64,000 nucleotides of DNA from Anaerolineae bacterium (GTDB taxonomy: Bacteria > Chloroflexota > Anaerolineae > DRVO01), in the NCBI GenBank assembly GCA_040768685.1, contig JAXGMM010000001.1, forward strand, positions 1,322,691-1,386,690, given 5' to 3'. Positions 20,473 to 31,018 of the stretch are shown one piece after another (position 1 is the stretch's first letter; each line of letters starts with the position of its first letter). Both the position numbers and the translations under genes were made by a program. Below the pieces are notes generated by a model that worked only from the letters and a program-made list of their open reading frames with translations, was not told the origin of the DNA and searched no databases.

Positions 20473-20913
20473 CTAGTCCGTCCTCTCGCCGCCGCTCTGC
20501 GACCGCACTCGCCCGGCGACGCTGGCGAGGGTGACTCCGGACAGTGACGCTTCTAGCCTGCTCTGGATGTCCATCCAGATGGGTCTGGTAACGCACTCGT
20601 CCAGGCGATCGTGGTAGTGGCACCCGCCGGGACTCCCACAATCGGTGGCGATGACACCATCACCGACCGCACGGAGCACGTCAGCTACCGTTATATCCTC
20701 GGGCGGCCGGGTCAACTCGTAGCCGCCTGCTGCTCCCCGACGGGAGCGGACTAGTCCAGAACGGCGCAGGCGCTGAGCTATGTGCTCAAGATAGCCGAAG
20801 GGCATCCCTTCGCCCGCCGCGACCTCCGGAAGGGGGCGCGGGCCGTTGCCGTAGCCGGCAGCCAGAACGGCCATCGCCCTAACCGCATACCTCTCTCTCG
20901 CCGTGAGTCTCAC
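20473..20913 (-). CDS. iscR: Rrf2-family transcriptional regulator (IscR-like)
   Basis: MRLTARERYAVRAMAVLA N-terminal wHTH typical of Rrf2. Cys residues in the C-terminal half (CGSPGGCHYHDRLDEC). GTG start. Confidence 0.85.
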   Translation of the reverse strand: MRLTARERYAVRAMAVLAAGYGNGPRPLPEVAAGEGMPFGYLEHIAQRLRRSGLVRSRRGAAGGYELTRPPEDITVADVLRAVGDGVIATDCGSPGGCHYHDRLDECVTRPIWMDIQSRLEASLSGVTLASVAGRVRSQSGGERTD

Positions 20914-20923
20914 GGATCACCAC

Positions 20924-20951
20924 CCAATCCATACGCATGTGTATGGATTGG
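20924..20951. promoter_or_regulatory. Near-perfect 28-bp palindrome CCAATCCATAC-GCATGT-GTATGGATTGG, 11-38 bp upstream of the iscR start: candidate IscR/Rrf2 operator
   Basis: 11-bp perfect inverted arms read from the sequence. Its position immediately 5-prime of the first gene of the iscR-iscS-rSAM-iscU operon fits autoregulation. Confidence 0.5.
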
Positions 20952-21256
20952 ATTCTACACCCGGACTTGATCCCCCGTCAAGAGGCGGAGTCGAATCCCC
21001 AGGATTCTTTGATCCTGCCGTTGGGCGATGCAGTGCCCTCAAGAACCTCACCCCAACCCCTCTCCGTTACGGAGAGGGGCTTCCGGCCCCCTCCGTTCCT
21101 AGGGAAGGGCGGTTGGGGGGTTAGGTTCTGGGCTGCAGGCGCATCAAAACGGGTATCCTCGCCCATCAAGTTGGAGCCGAAGGACCCGTGGCCGACCTCC
21201 CCAGGCACCCGCGCGGCGGCGTGCTCACCGACAATCGAAAGACCCTAGTCGAATGC

Positions 21257-22375
21257 CTAGAAGGGCCAGGCCACGTCTAGGTCCCGACAGAGCCCGCGCA
21301 GATCCTCTTCCACAACGGGGTTCAGCGGGATGCCATTGGCAAGCCGGTCTTGCTCGGTGAGAAACTCCTTCTCCCCGGCCACGTAGATGCGCTCCTGGCC
21401 GACAGCCTTGGGCGAGTCCTTGAGTTGGCGGATGAAGTCGTCTAGGCTCTGGCGGAAGTCCTCCACGGGACGGAAGGCGGCCACGTCCAGCGCCATGAGG
21501 AAGTGGCCGACGTTGGAGTCACCTCGACGATCCAGCTTGGGCGGCAGCACCCCCGCAAGGAAGGCAGCTCCCGACAGTACGCCGCAGAGGACGTCCACCA
21601 TGGCTGCCAGTCCGAACCCCTTGTAGCCACCGCTCTCTGCCGGGCCGCCGAGGGGCATGAGACCGCCACCATCCATGATCCGGTCGGGGTTGGTGGTGGG
21701 GTGACCGTCGGCGTCGGCGCCCCAGCCTAGCGGGACTTCCTCACCACGGCGGCGATAGACTTCAATTCGGCCGATGGGCACCACGCTGGTGGCCATGTCC
21801 AGGACGAAGGGCAGTTCGGCGCCGCTGGGCGCAGCCAGGGCGATGGGGTTTGTGCCAAGGACGCGTTCCCGGCCGTAGGTGGGGATGGTCAGCGGCTGCG
21901 AGTTGGTGAAGGCCAGCCCAACCATGTTGTGCTCCAGGGCCATCATGGCGTAGATGCCGGCGGCGCCGAAGTGGTTGCTGTGGCGGATAGTGGCGCAGCA
22001 GACGCCGGTGGCCTTGGCCTTTTCGATGCAACGCTCCATGGTTCGGTAGGCGACCGGGTGCCCGAGACCGTTGTCCGCGTCCACCACTAGGTAGGAGGGG
22101 CCCTCGGCGACGGTGGTCACCGACGGCGTGGGGTTAATCAGGCCCTGCCGCACATTGTGCAGGTAGTAGTAGCTGAGGCGGGCATTCCCGTGCGACTCGG
22201 TGCCCCGGACGTCGGTTTTGGTCAGAACGTATCCCACAATGTCGGCGTCCGCTCGGGGCACCCCGGCAGCGGTAAGCAGATCCGAAACCAATCGCTCCAA
22301 CTTGGCGGCATCCACGCGTGTGGCCACTTCGGCGACTCCTCCGGGTTCAGGCTTGCTTGGTTGTGCGTCCGGCAC
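21257..22375 (-). CDS. Ldh_2-family NAD(P)H-dependent oxidoreductase (malate/L-sulfolactate/L-lactate dehydrogenase type 2)
   Basis: Family-typical N-terminus (RADADIVGYVLTKTDVRGTESHG) and length of 372 aa. Confidence 0.8.
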   Translation of the reverse strand: MPDAQPSKPEPGGVAEVATRVDAAKLERLVSDLLTAAGVPRADADIVGYVLTKTDVRGTESHGNARLSYYYLHNVRQGLINPTPSVTTVAEGPSYLVVDADNGLGHPVAYRTMERCIEKAKATGVCCATIRHSNHFGAAGIYAMMALEHNMVGLAFTNSQPLTIPTYGRERVLGTNPIALAAPSGAELPFVLDMATSVVPIGRIEVYRRRGEEVPLGWGADADGHPTTNPDRIMDGGGLMPLGGPAESGGYKGFGLAAMVDVLCGVLSGAAFLAGVLPPKLDRRGDSNVGHFLMALDVAAFRPVEDFRQSLDDFIRQLKDSPKAVGQERIYVAGEKEFLTEQDRLANGIPLNPVVEEDLRGLCRDLDVAWPF

Positions 22376-22495
22376 AGGGGGCGGGCCTCTCCGCTACCGC
22401 GCGACCGCGGACATTGTAGCAGACCGGCCGTCCGGTGCGCAGGAGTCGAGGCTCAAGCGGTTGCCGGCCGCCGAAGCGGGGGCTAACATGCGTTC

Positions 22496-24058
22496 ATGTC
22501 GTCTACTCCTGTACCGGTGCCCCCAAGGCCGCAACTCCGTCTGCGACTCGTGGCGCTCGCTGCGCTGGCACTGAGCGGGCTGCTGCTGACCGGGTGCAGT
22601 GCAGGCGCCCGGCACGTATGCATTGCGGCGGACGGGGAGACCACGTGCGTCGACACGCGCGCCGGCCTCGCTTACGAGGTTCTGCGGGAGGTGGGCATCG
22701 AACTCGGCGAGCTGGACCGCGTCGAGCCGGACTACTGGGCCCCGGTAAGCCCCGGGCTTGAGCTGCGCGTAGTGAGAGTCGTGCACGAGCAGGAAGTGGC
22801 GGAGCAGCCCCTGCCCTTCGAGCGGCGCTTGGTCAAGACGCTCAGCCTTGAACCGGGAGTCAGCAAGCTCCTGCAGGCCGGATCAACGGGAACCGAGGCG
22901 GTGACGTACCTCGTGGTTCTCGAGGACGGCGTCGAGGTACGGCGGGAGCAAGTGCGTGTGGACGTGACCGTACCGCCCCGGGACGAGGTGGTTGCCGTGG
23001 GGATGACCAAGCCCGCCGGCACCGGCGAGTTCGGCGGCACCGTCGCCTACCTCGCCCAGGGCAATGCTTGGGTGCTGCGCGGCGACATGGAGGCCGAGCG
23101 AGCACTCACCGCCACCGGTGACTTGGACGGGCGAGTGTTCGAGTTGTCTCCGGACGGCCGATCGCTCGTGTTCACCCGACGAGTTGTCGAGCCGTCACTG
23201 ACCCTCAACCGGCTCTACGCCGTCTCAACGGAGATGGTCGATCCGGCGGCGGAGGACCTGGGAGCCGTCGGCGTGCTGCGCGCGCGCTGGTCGCCGACCG
23301 GCAACGCCATTGTCTACACCACCGCCGAGGGTACCGAGGGAAGTCCCGGTTGGCGGGCGCGGAACGACCTTTGGCTGCTGAATTGGGTGGATGAGCGGGT
23401 ACCCCGGCAGGTGCTAGAGGAGTCCTGTCTCGGTCCCTACTGTTGGTGGGGTCCCGAGCTGGCATGGGGCCCGTCGGAGGAGCGCCTGTACCTCGCGGAT
23501 GCGTCGGCCGTGTATGAAGTGGACCTCGTGGCTGGAGCCGGGCGGATGGTGGTGGAGTTCGCCCCTGTGCGCACGGGCGGCAACTGGGCCTGGGTTCCTG
23601 AGCTGAGTGTCGTGCCGGGCACCAACGTGGTGGCAATGGCTTGGCCCGCCACCGGCGCCGCCGAGGCTGACCTCACCAGCCGGTTCGACCTGGTAGTCAT
23701 CGACCCTCTAGGCGGCAGCCCCACGGTCCTGGCCGAAGGAGTGGGCATGTGGTCGCGGCCGCGCTACACCAGCCGCCCGGACGGCACCACCAGAGTGGCC
23801 TACGGCGTGGCCGACACCGGGCTTCGTTCATCCGACAGCCCCTACGCTATCTGGACGGCCGATGGCGACGGTACCGAGGCGGAGCGTGCATTCCCGCCGG
23901 CGGCCTCCGGCTCGGTCCTGTATGAGACGGTGTGGTCATCGCCGGGCTACCTGCTGATTGGCGCCGAAGGCGGGCTGTACCTGGTCCGCGCCGACGGGGG
24001 CGGCGTGAGGCCGCTACTTGAGGGGGTGCCCGTCGAGCGGGTTCAGTGGGCGCCATGA
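22496..24058 (+). CDS. Lipoprotein with a DUF348/G5-like N-terminal region and a C-terminal TolB-like (PD40) beta-propeller
   Basis: Signal peptide with lipobox LLTGC. G5-like segment (SKLLQAGSTGTEAVTYLVVLEDGVEVRREQV...VVAVG). Repeated DGRSLVF / SPTGNAIVYTT beta-propeller blades. Confidence 0.55.
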   Translation: MSSTPVPVPPRPQLRLRLVALAALALSGLLLTGCSAGARHVCIAADGETTCVDTRAGLAYEVLREVGIELGELDRVEPDYWAPVSPGLELRVVRVVHEQEVAEQPLPFERRLVKTLSLEPGVSKLLQAGSTGTEAVTYLVVLEDGVEVRREQVRVDVTVPPRDEVVAVGMTKPAGTGEFGGTVAYLAQGNAWVLRGDMEAERALTATGDLDGRVFELSPDGRSLVFTRRVVEPSLTLNRLYAVSTEMVDPAAEDLGAVGVLRARWSPTGNAIVYTTAEGTEGSPGWRARNDLWLLNWVDERVPRQVLEESCLGPYCWWGPELAWGPSEERLYLADASAVYEVDLVAGAGRMVVEFAPVRTGGNWAWVPELSVVPGTNVVAMAWPATGAAEADLTSRFDLVVIDPLGGSPTVLAEGVGMWSRPRYTSRPDGTTRVAYGVADTGLRSSDSPYAIWTADGDGTEAERAFPPAASGSVLYETVWSSPGYLLIGAEGGLYLVRADGGGVRPLLEGVPVERVQWAP

Positions 24059-27051
24059 TGGGGAAACGGCGGCTGGCCGCCCTGGCGCTCATCGCCCTGG
24101 GCGTGCTCGGGGCAGCGCTGGAGATCACGCGCGGAATGGGGGACCCACAAGTCCCGGGCGTGGTCTATGGACTGCCGGTGGCGGTCACTCCCGACGTTGG
24201 GCGCGGGGTCGGCGCCAACGTTGAGCTCATGGGCTGCCCCAAGGAGGAAGCGGAACGCGTCCTCGCCGCTATGGCCGGCAACCGGCTGACCTGGGTGCGG
24301 CAGACGTTCTCCTGGTCTGTGATCGAGCCAGCGCCCGGGGTGTTCGACTGGAAGGCGGCGGACGCTGCTATCGACGCCATCGGCGGGGCCGGGCTGAAGT
24401 TAGTGGCGGTACTGGGTACCAGTCCGTCGTGGGCTCGGCCAGCCGGCCAGGAGGCGGCCGAGTGGAGCCCCCCGGAGGACTTCGCCGACTTTGGCGGCTT
24501 CGCGTCTGCGTTCGCCAGACGCTACGGGGATCGAGTCGACTTCTACCAGATCTGGGATCAGCCCAACATTCACCCGTTCTGGGGAGACCGCTATGTAGAC
24601 CCTGAGGCCTACGGCAGATTGGTCCGGGAAGCCGCGTCGCGCATCCGCGCCGAGGATGCTGACGCGGTGATCCTGCTCGCCGGTTTGGCGCCCAACGTTG
24701 AGGCCGGCCCGCTTAACCTGAACGAGCCGGAGTACTTGCGACGGGTGCTTGCGTCCGGCGCCGGTCCTTTCTTCGACGTGGCGGCCGTCAAAGCCTATGG
24801 CTTTGAGGATGCGGCCGACGACTACCGCCTGGGAGTCGGCGCCCTCAACTTCAGCCGCGCCGCGCTGGTGCACCAGGTCCTCGCCGACGCCGGCCGAGCT
24901 GACACGCCGGTCTGGGCGGTTGAGTTCGGCTGGAACGCCCTCCCGCCGGAATGGCATGGGCGACCTGCCCCGTGGGGCACGGGCGATGTGGACACGCAGG
25001 CGGGGCAGTCGTTAGCTGCGGTGGCGAGGGCACGAACAGAGTGGCCGTGGATGGGCCCTATGATCTGGTCGCGGCTTGTCGCGCCCGCAGACCGCGATGA
25101 CCCCGCCTACGGGTTCGCCCTTCTTGAAGCGGACCTGGCCCCGACCGAGTTGGGACGTCGGCTCCTCCCCGAACTGGGCGCGGACGCGACACCTGCTCTC
25201 GGCCGGCACCGCCCCGACTCGCAGACCGCTCGGTACTCCCCCGGATGGCGCGTGACCTCGCAGGGCGCTGATCCCAGCGCCGCCGGCGACTCAGTCAGCA
25301 TCGTGTTCCAGGGCACCGCACTCGATCTGGTCCTTGCGCCTGGACCGTACTGGGCCACCTGGTCCGTGACGGTGAATGGAGAGCGTTCGGCGGCTCTACC
25401 GGTGTGGAAGGACAGCTCTTACGCTGTGCTCTACGATCCCCTGGGCGAGGCTAGGCGGGTGACCGTTGCCGCCGGGCTGCCGCCGGGCGTGCACGAGGCT
25501 ACTGTCACGGTAGACGGTGGATGGGGTCAGTGGCCTCTGCTCGGCTGGGTCAGTTGGCGGGAGGCGCCGAAGGCGCTCAGTGTCCCGGTTCTGGCCCTCT
25601 GCGCTATCGTGGCGCTTGTGGGGCTCCTGCTGCTTGGCGCTGACGGGCTGCTGCGTGCCGTAGTCCGCCATGTACTGAGGTCGAGCGAGCGCGTTCCTGA
25701 GCCGGCGCTCGCTCTATTGGTGGCCGCTCTCCTGGCGGTGTTCTGGCTGAGCGCCGGGCTCATTCCATCGGCCCTTGCCGGAACCGGCCTGGCCATAGCG
25801 GCATTGGCTGCGCCCCACTGGGTGCTGGCGGCGGCGCTGGCATCGCTTCCCTTCTTCCTCGTGCCCAAGTCGATGCTCGGCATCTCGGTCATGGCGCCGG
25901 AGTTGCTGTCGTGGCTGTTGCTCGTAGGTGTGGCCCTACGCACCTGGGCCACTCTGCCGTCGCCTGACCTTCGCCTTCGGCCGAACCTGCTCGATATCGG
26001 CGTCGCTCTCCTAGTGGCAGCGGCGGCCGTCGCCACTTGGTTCGCGCCTATGCGAGGCGTGGCCCTGCACGACTTTCGGCGCGTGATCCTGAGCGCAGCG
26101 GCGCTCTACACTGGCGCCCGGCTGTTGGGCCGGCCGGCGCTATGGCCGGCACTGATCGGTGTGCTGGCCGGCGCGTCGGTCGCTTCCGCGGCTGGGATCG
26201 GCCAGTATCTTCGGGGCGAGAACCTTATCACCACCGGTGAAGTGGCGCGCGTCCGCGCCTGGTACGGCTCTCCCAATAACCTCGCCCTCTATCTGGGTCG
26301 CGCCATTCCTGTAGGGCTCGGGCTCGTTGTCTTCAGTCGGAGCCGAAGGGTACGCTGGCCGGCGGCCGCAGCGCTGGCGATCTGCCTGGCCTGCGGGATT
26401 CTGACGCGGTCGAGGGGTCTGGTGCTGCTCGGTATTCCGGTGTCCGGCGCCTGGCTTCTCTGGCAGTCCGGCCGGCTGAGGAGTTCGCGGGGAGCCATCG
26501 TTGCGCTAGTGGCTGTGGCGTCTCTGGTGGTAGTCGCGCTGGCGGGCGGCCGCCTTGACCGGCTGGCTAGTGGTCAGGATGAAGCCGCCGGCATGCGCCT
26601 TCACGTGTGGGCGAGCGCCGCGAACATGGTCGCGGATCACCCCGTGCTGGGCGTGGGGCCCGACAACTTCCTGTACCAGTACCGGACACGGTACATCACG
26701 CCTGAGGCCTGGGCCGAGCCCAACCTATCTCACCCCCACAACCTAGTCTTCGACTTCTGGCTTACCGCGGGAGCGGGCGGGCTGGCAGCCCTGGCGATAG
26801 TGGCGGCCGGCGCTGTCCGTAGCGGTCGTCGCGCCATTCGCCACGCTGTAGGGGATGAGAGAGGGGCGTGTCTGGGCGTCGCGGCGGCCCTGATGGCGGC
26901 AACGGCGCAGGGTCTGGTCGACAACTCCTTCTTCCTGGTAGACTTGAGTCACGTCACGCTCGTGTTTCTGGCCCTGCTGGCTGCCCCGGTGCAGGCTGGC
27001 CCCGGGGCCCACTGCAAGCATGGTAACCTGCCTAGGGAGCGGATCCTATGA
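24046..27051 (+). CDS. Fusion protein: N-terminal glycoside-hydrolase clan GH-A TIM-barrel-like domain plus C-terminal multi-TM O-antigen-ligase/Wzy_C domain
   Basis: N-terminal signal anchor. TIM-barrel motifs ([28 protein letters not shown] with the NEP acid/base signature). About 12 TM helices and a Wzy_C-like loop ([17 protein letters not shown]) in the C-terminal half. Confidence 0.6.
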   Translation: MGAMMGKRRLAALALIALGVLGAALEITRGMGDPQVPGVVYGLPVAVTPDVGRGVGANVELMGCPKEEAERVLAAMAGNRLTWVRQTFSWSVIEPAPGVFDWKAADAAIDAIGGAGLKLVAVLGTSPSWARPAGQEAAEWSPPEDFADFGGFASAFARRYGDRVDFYQIWDQPNIHPFWGDRYVDPEAYGRLVREAASRIRAEDADAVILLAGLAPNVEAGPLNLNEPEYLRRVLASGAGPFFDVAAVKAYGFEDAADDYRLGVGALNFSRAALVHQVLADAGRADTPVWAVEFGWNALPPEWHGRPAPWGTGDVDTQAGQSLAAVARARTEWPWMGPMIWSRLVAPADRDDPAYGFALLEADLAPTELGRRLLPELGADATPALGRHRPDSQTARYSPGWRVTSQGADPSAAGDSVSIVFQGTALDLVLAPGPYWATWSVTVNGERSAALPVWKDSSYAVLYDPLGEARRVTVAAGLPPGVHEATVTVDGGWGQWPLLGWVSWREAPKALSVPVLALCAIVALVGLLLLGADGLLRAVVRHVLRSSERVPEPALALLVAALLAVFWLSAGLIPSALAGTGLAIAALAAPHWVLAAALASLPFFLVPKSMLGISVMAPELLSWLLLVGVALRTWATLPSPDLRLRPNLLDIGVALLVAAAAVATWFAPMRGVALHDFRRVILSAAALYTGARLLGRPALWPALIGVLAGASVASAAGIGQYLRGENLITTGEVARVRAWYGSPNNLALYLGRAIPVGLGLVVFSRSRRVRWPAAAALAICLACGILTRSRGLVLLGIPVSGAWLLWQSGRLRSSRGAIVALVAVASLVVVALAGGRLDRLASGQDEAAGMRLHVWASAANMVADHPVLGVGPDNFLYQYRTRYITPEAWAEPNLSHPHNLVFDFWLTAGAGGLAALAIVAAGAVRSGRRAIRHAVGDERGACLGVAAALMAATAQGLVDNSFFLVDLSHVTLVFLALLAAPVQAGPGAHCKHGNLPRERIL

Positions 27052-27992
27052 GAGTGCTGATCACCGGAGGAGCCGGGTTCATCGGCTCGCACCTGTGCGA
27101 GCTGCTGTTGGAGCGGGACCATGAGGTGGTCGTCATGGACAACCTGCTTACCGGCAGCATCGAGAACGTCAAGGGTCTGTTCGGCAAGCCCGGCTTCACC
27201 TTCGTCAAGTACGATGTCACCAACTACGTGCACGTGCCCGGGCCCGTCGACGCCATTCTTCATCTCGCTTCGCTCCCGAGCCCGGTTGACTACCTCCGCC
27301 TTCCCATTAAGACGCTGAAAGTGGGTGCCTTGGGTACCCACACCACTCTAGGCTTGGCCTGTGCGAAGAAGGCGCGCTACCTGCTCGCCTCCACCAGCGA
27401 GGTATACGGCGACCCGAAAGTTCACCCTCAGCGGGAGGACTATTGGGGTAACGTGAATCCGGTGGGGCCGCGAGGCGTCTACGACGAGTCCAAGCGATTC
27501 GCCGAGGCTCTGACCATGGCCTATCACCGCGCCCACGGACTGGAGACGCGGATCGCCCGCATCTTCAACACCTACGGGCCGCGAATGCGGCTCGACGACG
27601 GGCGCGTCATCCCCAACTTCGTCAAGCAGGCGCTCCTGGGCGAGCCAATCACTGTCTACGACGATGGCACTCGCACCCGTTCATTCTGCTACGTGTCGGA
27701 CCTGGTCGAAGGAATGTACCGGCTGCTGATGTCGGACGAGGTGGACCCGGTCAATCTTGGCAACCCGACCGAAATGACCATGCTGGAACTGGCGGAACGC
27801 GTCCGCGACGTGACCGGGTCCAGCAGCGAGGTCGTGCTGGTCAAGCCCAAGGACGATCGCACCAAGGACGACCCGCAGATGCGGCGCCCGGACATCGGTA
27901 AGGCGCAGCGCATCTTGGACTGGAGTCCGCAGGTGCCGGTAAGCGAAGGACTGCGCTATACGGTGGACTACTTCCGCAGCCGAGTGCGATGA
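27048..27992 (+). CDS. uxs: UDP-glucuronate decarboxylase (UDP-xylose synthase-like, extended SDR)
   Basis: [20 protein letters not shown] catalytic region, full-length UXS-family similarity. Start overlaps the upstream stop (ATGA). Confidence 0.85.
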   Translation: MRVLITGGAGFIGSHLCELLLERDHEVVVMDNLLTGSIENVKGLFGKPGFTFVKYDVTNYVHVPGPVDAILHLASLPSPVDYLRLPIKTLKVGALGTHTTLGLACAKKARYLLASTSEVYGDPKVHPQREDYWGNVNPVGPRGVYDESKRFAEALTMAYHRAHGLETRIARIFNTYGPRMRLDDGRVIPNFVKQALLGEPITVYDDGTRTRSFCYVSDLVEGMYRLLMSDEVDPVNLGNPTEMTMLELAERVRDVTGSSSEVVLVKPKDDRTKDDPQMRRPDIGKAQRILDWSPQVPVSEGLRYTVDYFRSRVR

Positions 27993-29419
27993 CCTTTTCG
28001 GCGGGAGACGCCTGGCGGCCGCGGCTGGAGCGTGCCGGTCTCACCCTGGGCGGAATAGGCCTGGGCGTGGCGCTGGCCGCTGCCCCTTGGCGCCTGTCGT
28101 TGCTGGTGGCGGGTGCGCCGGCGGCGGTCGTAGGGTTGCTCTTCCCCCATCTGCTGTTGGCGGCCCTCCCGCTGGCCGTTCTTGTCGCCCAGGACTTCTC
28201 GGTGCCCTTCGGCGGCCTGCGGCTAGGTCCGGTGGAGATCCTCGTGGGTGCTTCGGCGATAGCCTGGGCATCAAGAGGGGTGGCGGAGCGGAGACTGGAG
28301 TGGTCGCCGGGGCCGGTCCAGCGCGCGTTACTGGCATGGCTCTGGGTGATCGGGCTCAGTCTCTTGGCGAGCGCCTCTCTCAGCGCTGGTCTCAGTGAGA
28401 CCGCCAAATGGCTGGAGATCCTGCTGCTGGCGGCGATCACGCCGGCGATCGCCGGCGGCGGCCGGGCACGCTATGTCGTCTGGGGCGTGGCGGCCGCCGG
28501 AGTTGTCGCCGCCCTTCTAGGCCTCTACCAGTTCGTGACCGCCTCTGGACCACCGGGATTCATGCTGATGGGTCGATTCATGCGCGCGTATGGTACCTTC
28601 CGACAGCCCAATCCCTACGCGGCGCATCTCGGCCTGTCGCTGCCCTTTGCGGCCGGCTGGGCCCTGGCGGGACCGGTCGGGCGGCGGGAACGGTGGATCC
28701 TTCTGGCCGCTGCCGCCGTGATGGCGATGGGCATCATGGCCAGTTGGTCGCGCGGCGCCTGGCTGGGGCTGGGCGTGTCGGCGGCGCTCATGGCGGCACT
28801 GTTGTGGCCGCGCGTGGCCATAGGGGTGGCCGCACTGGCGCTGATCATCAGTCCTCTGTGGGTCGGACCGGCAGCATCCAGTGCTCTGGCGCAACGAGCC
28901 CTTGGGATGGGCGGCGGCGTCCCGGGCCTGAACGTGGCTCAGGTGGAGCCCACGGATGACAACTGGTCGGTGGTGGAGAGACTTGCACATTGGCAGGCGG
29001 GCTGGCGCATGTTCGAGGCGAAGCCATGGCTGGGGGTTGGCATCGGCAACTATGAGGTGGTCTACGCCTCCTACGGCATACCGCGCTGGTCCGACCCGCT
29101 TGGCCATGCACACAACTACTACTTGAACATCGCGGCGGAGACCGGCCTGATCGGCCTGACGTCCCACGCGGCGCTTGGCCTAGTGGTGTGGATCACTCTC
29201 GCCCGCTCGTGGCGCAGGCGACCCGACAGTCGCTCGCGCGGCCTACTTCTTGCAGGGATAGGAGCACTGGCGTACCTTTCGGTGCACAGCATCGTCGACA
29301 ATCTCTACGTGCACGGCATGCAGGTCCTGGTAGGCTTGGCCCTGGCGGCGCCGGCCTGGGGCTCTGTGGGGGACGCCGCATCCACGCGCGGGGTGGGTTC
29401 ATGCAGATCGGGACTTTGA
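27989..29419 (+). CDS. O-antigen ligase / Wzy_C-family polytopic membrane protein (second copy)
   Basis: About 11 TM helices, Wzy_C-like periplasmic loop ([14 protein letters not shown]...[17 protein letters not shown]). ATGA overlap with uxs. Confidence 0.7.
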   Translation: MTFSAGDAWRPRLERAGLTLGGIGLGVALAAAPWRLSLLVAGAPAAVVGLLFPHLLLAALPLAVLVAQDFSVPFGGLRLGPVEILVGASAIAWASRGVAERRLEWSPGPVQRALLAWLWVIGLSLLASASLSAGLSETAKWLEILLLAAITPAIAGGGRARYVVWGVAAAGVVAALLGLYQFVTASGPPGFMLMGRFMRAYGTFRQPNPYAAHLGLSLPFAAGWALAGPVGRRERWILLAAAAVMAMGIMASWSRGAWLGLGVSAALMAALLWPRVAIGVAALALIISPLWVGPAASSALAQRALGMGGGVPGLNVAQVEPTDDNWSVVERLAHWQAGWRMFEAKPWLGVGIGNYEVVYASYGIPRWSDPLGHAHNYYLNIAAETGLIGLTSHAALGLVVWITLARSWRRRPDSRSRGLLLAGIGALAYLSVHSIVDNLYVHGMQVLVGLALAAPAWGSVGDAASTRGVGSCRSGL

Positions 29420-29892
29420 TGTCGCGCCCGGAGCGGCGGCGCGAAGTGGGCCGTTTCCTGAAGTTCGCCACCGTCGGAACGCTCGGCGCGGTGATAGACT
29501 ACGGCCTGCTCAACTTGCTGATTCTTGCCGGAGGAATGCCCAAGTTCTGGGCCAACTGCTGCTCGTTTACGGCGGCAGTGCTCAGCAACTTCGTGTGGAA
29601 TCGCCTCTGGACATTCCCGGAGTCCCGCGAGCGCCCCGTGGGGTCCCAACTTCTGCAGTTCGCCGTGATCAACATCATCGGGCTGGCCATCAACCAGGCC
29701 ATTTTCCTTTCGGTAGATCACCTGGTGCTCGGTGAAGGGGGAGTGTGGTCCCTGCTGACGCTACAGCTATCGTCGCTTCTGGGGATCGCGGCGCCCGTGG
29801 TGGCTTACAACCTCTCTAAGGCCTGCGCCACCGTTGTGGCCCTCTTCTGGAACTTCGGCGGCAACCGGTTGGTAACCTATCGGGGACTCTAG
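29401..29892 (+). CDS. GtrA-family small membrane protein (putative lipid-linked sugar flippase component). Start re-assigned to the internal ATG.
   Basis: FLKFATVGTLGAVIDYGLLNLLI GtrA signature, 4 TM helices, 163 aa. Confidence 0.75.
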   Translation: MQIGTLMSRPERRREVGRFLKFATVGTLGAVIDYGLLNLLILAGGMPKFWANCCSFTAAVLSNFVWNRLWTFPESRERPVGSQLLQFAVINIIGLAINQAIFLSVDHLVLGEGGVWSLLTLQLSSLLGIAAPVVAYNLSKACATVVALFWNFGGNRLVTYRGL

Positions 29893-29896
29893 ACCC

Positions 29897-31018
29897 ATGG
29901 CGCTCTCCATCGCCTTTGACGCTGGCCCCACCGCGCAGGGCGCGGGCGTCGGGCGATACGCGTCGGGTCTGCTTCGGGCGCTCCTCAGCCAGGAGTCGGA
30001 CGACGCGCACACCCTGGTGCTTCCCCGCGGCATGCCGGTTCCAGCCCTGGAGGGTGAAGTGGGCCGCTGGCGGGCCATGCATCTGCCGGTTGGCGAACGA
30101 GCGGCCGACATCGCGTGGCACCGCTTGCGGCTGCCTCTGCCCATCGATCTGCTTTGCGGCCGTCCGGACGTCTTCCACGCACCTAACTTCCTGCTGCCGC
30201 CTCTGCTTCGGGCAAAGGGCGTAGTGACGGTCCATGACCTGAGCTACTTGCGGCTGCCCCAGTACGCTTACCCCAGCCTGGCACGCTACTTGGCGTCCGC
30301 GGTTCCCCGGTCTCTGCGCCGGACCGACATCGTTCTGGCCGATTCGCGTAACACAGCGGACGATGTGACGGAACTCCTGCATGTCCCGGCGGATCGGGTG
30401 CGGCCCGTGTACCCGGGAGTCGACGACCAGTTCACTCCCAGTGCGGCCCCCGGTGAGCGTGAGGACCTTGAGCGGGTCTGCGGCATCGCCGGTCGGTACG
30501 TACTGTGTGTGGGGACCATTGAGCCCCGCAAGAACCTGGTGGCTGCTATTCAAGCCTTTGAGCACGCATCCGAGGAGCTGGGGGCTGATCTGGAGCTGGT
30601 GCTGGCGGGGGCGGTGGGCTGGATGGCGGATGAGACCTTGACGGCTGCACGGGCGGCTGGGCCCCGGGTTCGCCTGATTGGCAGGTTGCCCGACAGTCGG
30701 CTACCGGCGCTGTACCGTGGCGCCGAGGCCCTGCTGTACCCGTCCCACTACGAGGGGTTCGGACTGCCGCCGTTGGAGGCGATGGCCTGCGGCACGCCGG
30801 TGATCGTGTCGCGCAACTCCTCTCTACCGGAGGTGGTCGGCGAGGCGGGAGTGTACTGCGGAACGGACAGCGAGTCCATCGCCGCCGCCCTCGTCGCCCT
30901 GCTTGCCGACAGTGGGAGGCGGGCGCGGCTCGGCCGGGCAGGTCTGGAGAGGGCCAGGCTGTTCACCTGGGAGGCAGCCGCGGAGCAGGTCCGGGGAATC
31001 TACTATGAACTGGCGTAG
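29897..31018 (+). CDS. Glycosyltransferase family 4
   Basis: [20 protein letters not shown] signature. Confidence 0.85.
   Translation: MALSIAFDAGPTAQGAGVGRYASGLLRALLSQESDDAHTLVLPRGMPVPALEGEVGRWRAMHLPVGERAADIAWHRLRLPLPIDLLCGRPDVFHAPNFLLPPLLRAKGVVTVHDLSYLRLPQYAYPSLARYLASAVPRSLRRTDIVLADSRNTADDVTELLHVPADRVRPVYPGVDDQFTPSAAPGEREDLERVCGIAGRYVLCVGTIEPRKNLVAAIQAFEHASEELGADLELVLAGAVGWMADETLTAARAAGPRVRLIGRLPDSRLPALYRGAEALLYPSHYEGFGLPPLEAMACGTPVIVSRNSSLPEVVGEAGVYCGTDSESIAAALVALLADSGRRARLGRAGLERARLFTWEAAAEQVRGIYYELA

Noticed and set aside
20983-21000. GGCGGAGTCGAATCCCC segment resembling a tRNA T-arm.
   Set aside because: Flanking sequence cannot form acceptor, D or anticodon stems; there is no cloverleaf.
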